Source: Roseibacillus sp. (lineage in GTDB: Bacteria; Verrucomicrobiota; Verrucomicrobiia; Verrucomicrobiales; Akkermansiaceae). Taken from it: a DNA stretch of 64,000 nt. This document shows positions 59,497 to 64,000 of this stretch, in pieces. Location: contig CBDEUM010000039.1 in the NCBI GenBank assembly GCA_965242925.1, forward strand, positions 32,001 through 96,000. The letters are read 5' to 3'. Both the position numbers and the translations under genes were made by a program. Position 1 is the first letter of the stretch; the number at the start of each line of letters is the position of its first letter. The notes beneath the pieces were generated by a model, which saw nothing but the letters and a program-made list of their open reading frames with translations, did not search any database and had not been told where the DNA came from.

Positions 59497-62268
59497 ATGT
59501 TCTTCGAAACTCCAGAGTGGTTCTTCCTCCCCGGGGCCTTCCTTTTCGCGGGGTGGTTCTGGCCCCACCTCCAGCTCTGGCGACCACTGCGGGCCATCGC
59601 CCTTCTAACCCTGGCACTCCTCCTCGCCGACCCCAGGCTTGAAAAGGCGGAAGACAGCCTTGACCTCTGGATTCTCCTCGACCGTTCCGAGTCGACTGAG
59701 GACCTTATCGATACCGGCCTTCCGGAATGGCGTGAACTTCTGCTCCGGTCAAAACCCACCCGCAGGGACCAGCTCCTGTTCGTGGACTATGCCGCCGAGG
59801 TCCTGGAACAGGGCAGGGGTGACTCCGCCGTTTTCACCGGCAACCGCAAACTCACCCGCACCAACCTTGCGATCCAGAACGTCCTCGCCCTTGCCAATAC
59901 CGAGCGACCCACCCGGGTCCTTGCCTTCACCGACGGCTACGCCACCGAGCCTCTGGTGGAGGCCGCCACCAAGCTGAAAGCCCGCGGCATTCCCCTCGAC
60001 TTCCGGCTTGTGCGTGAGGAAACCACCAACGATTTCAGTATCGCGCGAATCCATACTCCCGTGCGGGCGCAGCTGAACGAACCCTTCGTCCTCGGCATCA
60101 CCGTGCGGGGCTTTGAGGATATCGACGTTCCCCTGCACATTCTGCGTGACGGCCACCCCATCGCGGAAAACATCAGGGTTTCTCTCAAGAACGGCACCGG
60201 CAAGATCGAGTTCACTGATCGCATCCCCGCCGTCGGATCCTACAGGTACAGCGCCCGCATTGCGCCACCTGACGATGCTCATCCGGGCAACAACACCGCA
60301 GAACGCTGGATCGAGGTGACAGGTGGCCCGCGCATCCTCCTGGTCACCAAATACTCCGACGATCCGGTTGCACGGATCCTCCGTCAGCAGGGGTTCACCG
60401 TAGAGGTCGTCACCAACTCCCTGGGACTGCAGGTTGGACAACTCTCCGGAACGCGCGCAGTCATCATCAACAATGTTCCCGCCTTCGAGATGCCGGGAGA
60501 CTTCCTGGCCGCGCTGAACTTCTTCGTCCACGAACAGGGCGGCGGTTTCCTGATGGCCGGCGGCAAACAGTCCTTTGGCTCGGGCGGTTATTTTGAATCG
60601 GCGGTCGATCCCCTTCTTCCCGTTTCCATGGAACTCAAGACCGAACACCGGAAACTGGCTGTGGCGATGGCCATCGTAATGGATCGCTCCGGATCGATGG
60701 GGATGACTGTGGCCCAGGGCGGAAAGCAGGTCACCAAGATGCAACTCGCCAACACCGGTGCCGCGAAGGCGATCGAACTGCTTGGAGCCCAGGACAAGAT
60801 CGCCATTTACGCGGTGGACAGCGAACCGCATACCGTCATCAGGCTCAGCGACGTAGGTAATAAGAAGAAGCAGTGGATGACCGCGGCCCGCAAGGTGCGC
60901 TCGCGGGGAGGCGGGATCTTCGTCTACCGCGGTCTCAAGGCCGCCTGGGACGACCTCAGGAAAACTGACTTGGGAACGCGCCACATCATCCTCTTTTCCG
61001 ATGCGGCGGACTCGGAACAACCAGGCGACTACAAGCAGCTCCTCAATGAGATCACCAGCAACAGCGGCACGGTCTCCGTCATCGGGCTCGGGACGCGCTC
61101 CGATCCGGATGCGGACCTCCTTGAGGACATCGCGAGGCTCGGCAACGGAAGGGTCTTCTTCACCAACAAGCCCCTGGAGATTCCCAAGCTCTTTGCCCAG
61201 GAAACCGTCACCGTGGCGCGTTCGGCCTTCATCAAGGATCCGGTCGCCACCCGTAGTACCGGGCACTGGTCCGAGATCTCTCCAAGGCCGTTCGAATTCC
61301 TGTCCGAAGTAGATGGCTATAACCTCTCCTATCCCAGGGAATTTGCCACCACCTCGCTGGTTGCACAGGACGACTACCTCGGGCCTCTCATCACCCACTG
61401 GAACCGTGGGATCGGCCGCTGCATGGCGGTTTCCTTCCCGCTGGGCGGGGAGCACTCGGAAAAGGCCCGGGCATGGGAGAGCTACGGTGACTTTGTCCAG
61501 ACCATTACCCGGTGGCTCATGGGATCTGAAATGCCCCCCGGACTCGGCCTTCGGCATCGCCTGGAGGGAACGCGCCTCACCATCGATCTTTTCCACGAAA
61601 CCGACGAATGGGCCCGGCGCTTTGCCCAGACCCCTCCACGCATCAAGCTCCTTGAGGGCGAAGGAGGCGGCACGCCCTATGAGATCGCCTGGAAGCGCGT
61701 CGCACCTGGTCACTTCTCGGTCACCCGCGAAATGGGAGAAGGCCAGATTATCCGCGGAGCGGTGCAGGCAGGATCGCATGCCCTCGCCTTCGGTCCGGTG
61801 GTGGTGGGAAGTTCCGCGGAGTGGTCCTTCGACCCCGAGCGCCTGGCAGAACTCCGCGAAGTCTCCCGCCTGAGCGGTGGCCGCGAACTGCTTGATCTCT
61901 CCCAAGCCTGGATCCGTCCTCCTGCCATCCACGCCACCAACCTGCGCATCCCGCTCCTCCTCCTCGCTCTCTTCGTCATACTGTTTGACGCACTCGTGAC
62001 ACGCATGGGATGGCGCCTTCCCATCCTGGTCCCCGCCGGTGCCAAATTACGAACGGAGCGTCGCCGGGCAAAGGCCAGGGGCCGCAGAATGAAGAAGGGC
62101 GAAGCTCCTCCTTCTCCCGACCTCGAACCAGGGAAGGAAAGGCCCCGGGGGGACGACGAACCGGACCTGCCCACCCAATCGACGCCCTCCCCCAGGCCCG
62201 TCACCACTACCAGCGAAGATCCAGACCGTCGCAGTTCACGATTCGACCGGGCCAAACGACGAAAGTGA
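59497..62268 (+). CDS. Double vWA domain protein with glutamine-amidotransferase-like domain
   Basis: DRSEST and DRSGSM MIDAS motifs, FTDG, DAHPGNN, GGGFLMAGG..SFG.GGY, FSD. Confidence 0.88.
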   Translation: MFFETPEWFFLPGAFLFAGWFWPHLQLWRPLRAIALLTLALLLADPRLEKAEDSLDLWILLDRSESTEDLIDTGLPEWRELLLRSKPTRRDQLLFVDYAAEVLEQGRGDSAVFTGNRKLTRTNLAIQNVLALANTERPTRVLAFTDGYATEPLVEAATKLKARGIPLDFRLVREETTNDFSIARIHTPVRAQLNEPFVLGITVRGFEDIDVPLHILRDGHPIAENIRVSLKNGTGKIEFTDRIPAVGSYRYSARIAPPDDAHPGNNTAERWIEVTGGPRILLVTKYSDDPVARILRQQGFTVEVVTNSLGLQVGQLSGTRAVIINNVPAFEMPGDFLAALNFFVHEQGGGFLMAGGKQSFGSGGYFESAVDPLLPVSMELKTEHRKLAVAMAIVMDRSGSMGMTVAQGGKQVTKMQLANTGAAKAIELLGAQDKIAIYAVDSEPHTVIRLSDVGNKKKQWMTAARKVRSRGGGIFVYRGLKAAWDDLRKTDLGTRHIILFSDAADSEQPGDYKQLLNEITSNSGTVSVIGLGTRSDPDADLLEDIARLGNGRVFFTNKPLEIPKLFAQETVTVARSAFIKDPVATRSTGHWSEISPRPFEFLSEVDGYNLSYPREFATTSLVAQDDYLGPLITHWNRGIGRCMAVSFPLGGEHSEKARAWESYGDFVQTITRWLMGSEMPPGLGLRHRLEGTRLTIDLFHETDEWARRFAQTPPRIKLLEGEGGGTPYEIAWKRVAPGHFSVTREMGEGQIIRGAVQAGSHALAFGPVVVGSSAEWSFDPERLAELREVSRLSGGRELLDLSQAWIRPPAIHATNLRIPLLLLALFVILFDALVTRMGWRLPILVPAGAKLRTERRRAKARGRRMKKGEAPPSPDLEPGKERPRGDDEPDLPTQSTPSPRPVTTTSEDPDRRSSRFDRAKRRK

Positions 62269-62301
62269 ATAATCGCGTCCGCGGCAGGCTTCAGCTCCGC
62301 G

Positions 62302-63162
62302 TCAAAGGCCCGACGACTTCAAGCTTTCGCCCACTTCCAGGCTCTGATCCATGGCAAGGGCAGGACTCTCTTCCTTGCTGGAACCCACGATCTCGGCGGG
62401 CACTCCGGCCACCGTCGTGTGGGGGGGGACGTCATCAAGAACCACGCTGCCGGCTCCAATCTTGGCTCCCTGGCCAATCTCAACGCGCCCGAGGATCTTG
62501 GCTCCCGCTCCGATCAGGACTCCAGAGCGTACAATTGGATGGCGGGCTCCACTTTCGTTGCCAGTGCCTCCCAGGGTAACCTCGTGCAGGATCGAAACGT
62601 TGTCCTCGATAATGGCCGTCTCCCCCACCACGAAACTGGTGGCATGATCGAGCAGGATCCCGCAACCAATCCGGGATGCCGGGTGGATGTCCACGCCAAA
62701 GACCTCGCTGGCCAGACTCTGGAAGTAGAGCGCCATCGGGCGGCGCCCGTTATTCCAGAGATGGTGCGACACCCGGTAAGTCATGATGGCGAGAAATCCC
62801 TTGTAGTAGAGCAGAGGCTCAAGCGCCGAAGTGCAGGCCGGATCCCGCTCGAGGATCGCATCCAGGTCGGCAACAGCACTGTTCACCAGTGCCGGATGGT
62901 CGCGCAGCAATCCGCCGAGCAGGGGCACCAGTTCCTCACAGGGCATGTCCTGACGCGCCAGCTTGCGCGCCAGGCGCACCCCAAGGGCCGAACCCAGGCA
63001 GGGTTGACTCTGGATCACTTCCGCAAGAAGAGAACTGAGGGCGGGCTCTGCCGCCGCGATTTCACCGGCCTGGCTACGCAGACCCTCCCAGAGGCGACCA
63101 ATGCGCTCCCTGGATTGTTCGCAAAGATCTGCAGATTGCGAACTGGTGCCGGTATCAGACAT
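62302..63162 (-). CDS. cysE: Serine O-acetyltransferase
   Basis: ERDPAC, KGFLA...YRVSH, VDIHPA, DHAT..VVGETA, VTLGGTG...G.RHP, AGVPA. Confidence 0.96.
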   Translation of the reverse strand: MSDTGTSSQSADLCEQSRERIGRLWEGLRSQAGEIAAAEPALSSLLAEVIQSQPCLGSALGVRLARKLARQDMPCEELVPLLGGLLRDHPALVNSAVADLDAILERDPACTSALEPLLYYKGFLAIMTYRVSHHLWNNGRRPMALYFQSLASEVFGVDIHPASRIGCGILLDHATSFVVGETAIIEDNVSILHEVTLGGTGNESGARHPIVRSGVLIGAGAKILGRVEIGQGAKIGAGSVVLDDVPPHTTVAGVPAEIVGSSKEESPALAMDQSLEVGESLKSSGL

Positions 63163-63179
63163 GTGCTTTTATACTATGG
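63163..63179. promoter_or_regulatory. Putative bidirectional -10 element shared by cysE and the Rrf2 gene
   Basis: TATACT on plus (63170-63175) and TAGTAT on minus (63176-63171), within a 17-bp gap between the start codons. Confidence 0.5.
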
Positions 63180-63593
63180 GTGAGGGTTTCCCAGAAACTG
63201 GAGTATGCCTGCCGGGCGGCGGTCTGCCTTGCCAGGCATTATGATGGTAGCACGGTGGTAAAGCTCGAAGACATTGCCCAGCGGGAAGAAATCTCCTCCA
63301 GCTTTCTCGTCCAGATCCTGAACGAACTCAAGCGATCTGACATCGTGACCAGTAAACGGGGCAAGGCTGGCGGATATATCCTCACCCGACCCCCCACCAA
63401 GATCTCCCTCCGCGAAGTGATCCAGGCGGTGGAACCCGGACTCCTGACCACTCCGGAAAACAGCTCGGGAGCCTCCGGCCCCGCCCTTAGCAACGTCTGG
63501 CACGACCTCTCGAACACCGTCTCCGAACGCCTCGGAGCCATCACCCTCGAGGTGATGGCATCTGAAGCGGGCGCCCCCATGTATTTCATCTGA
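63180..63593 (+). CDS. Rrf2 family transcriptional regulator (CymR-like)
   Basis: EYACRA, IA.RE.IS..FLVQIL.EL, SKRGKAGGY.L. Lacks the three-Cys Fe-S motif; flanked by cysE and cysK. Confidence 0.9.
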   Translation: MRVSQKLEYACRAAVCLARHYDGSTVVKLEDIAQREEISSSFLVQILNELKRSDIVTSKRGKAGGYILTRPPTKISLREVIQAVEPGLLTTPENSSGASGPALSNVWHDLSNTVSERLGAITLEVMASEAGAPMYFI

Positions 63594-63597
63594 CGCC

Positions 63598-64000
63598 CTA
63601 AATCTCCGAGACCGGCAGATTGGCCACCTCCTCCCGCACGCTTTCCGCCAACGGGGTACTGAGATAGCGCTCGGTTGCACTGGCAGCGATGACCACCACC
63701 CGCTTACCGGCCATCTCCTCGCGCTTGGCCACCTGGAGGGCCGCCCAGATGGTCGCACCACTGGAGATACCGGCGGGGAACCCCTCAAGCAGACAAAGCT
63801 GCTGGGCGGTTTCAACGGCATCCTCATTGGAAACCTGCACCACCTCATCCACTATCTCGGTATTGAGGTTGCCCGGAATGAATCCGGCTCCAATTCCCTG
63901 AATCTTGTGCGGCCCCGGGTCCCCGCCCGAGATGACCGGGCTGGCCGAAGGCTCCACTGCCACGGTGTGCAGGTCGCGTCGTGCCTTGATCACCTCGGAT
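63598..64000 (-). CDS. cysK: Cysteine synthase A, 3' part (runs off the window)
   Basis: AVEP..SPV.SGG.PGPHKIQGIGAGFIP, EG...GISSGA, ERYLSTPL. Confidence 0.93.
   Translation of the reverse strand, partial: SEVIKARRDLHTVAVEPSASPVISGGDPGPHKIQGIGAGFIPGNLNTEIVDEVVQVSNEDAVETAQQLCLLEGFPAGISSGATIWAALQVAKREEMAGKRVVVIAASATERYLSTPLAESVREEVANLPVSEI

Noticed and set aside
48717..61932. Long antisense ORFs (e.g. 48717-50882, 59749-61932; also 21395-22891 and 30053-31405)
   Set aside because: They mirror well-supported genes, carry no motifs, and are expected shadows of high-GC codon bias.

Overview
A GC-rich (roughly 60% by eye) bacterial chromosomal window. The gene families point to Verrucomicrobiota, probably a Verrucomicrobiales/Roseibacillus-like organism (inference from the PVC-type ECF sigma, H-X9-DG-type prepilin, many sulfatases and Lys/Ala-rich histone-like protein). 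(i) 1-4.9 kb: core genes (CPA1 antiporter, pgeF-ispE, MarR regulator) ending in tRNA-Ser(GCT). (ii) 4.9-26.1 kb: an accessory glycan/sulfate-ester catabolic block directly 3' of the tRNA. It has three Cys-type sulfatases (one split by a single-base frameshift), GH-like proteins, an ECF sigma/FecR/two-paralogue helical-repeat operon, a creatininase-family hydrolase, a PQQ-dehydrogenase/tri-haem/extra-domain fusion, a secreted tandem-NIPSNAP fusion and a GH33 sialidase. (iii) 26.3-44.4 kb: housekeeping genes (pyk, CorC-like, rpsN, fumC, glnS, M20 peptidase, amidase, histone-like protein, rlmI, rpsP, prepilin-like, cyclophilin, plsY, gpsA). (iv) 44.5-62.3 kb: a MoxR/ABC/DUF58/BatA/VWA cluster interrupted by a sugar-acid uptake/dehydratase cassette. 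(v) cysE, an Rrf2 regulator and a partial cysK. The most unusual sequence-level signal is in the cyclophilin lipoprotein gene: two repeat-flanked segments (169 + 113 bp) whose frameshifts cancel, and whose removal gives a cleaner protein. No integrase, transposase, CRISPR array or rRNA was seen. All assignments come from motif recognition by eye; no searches were run.
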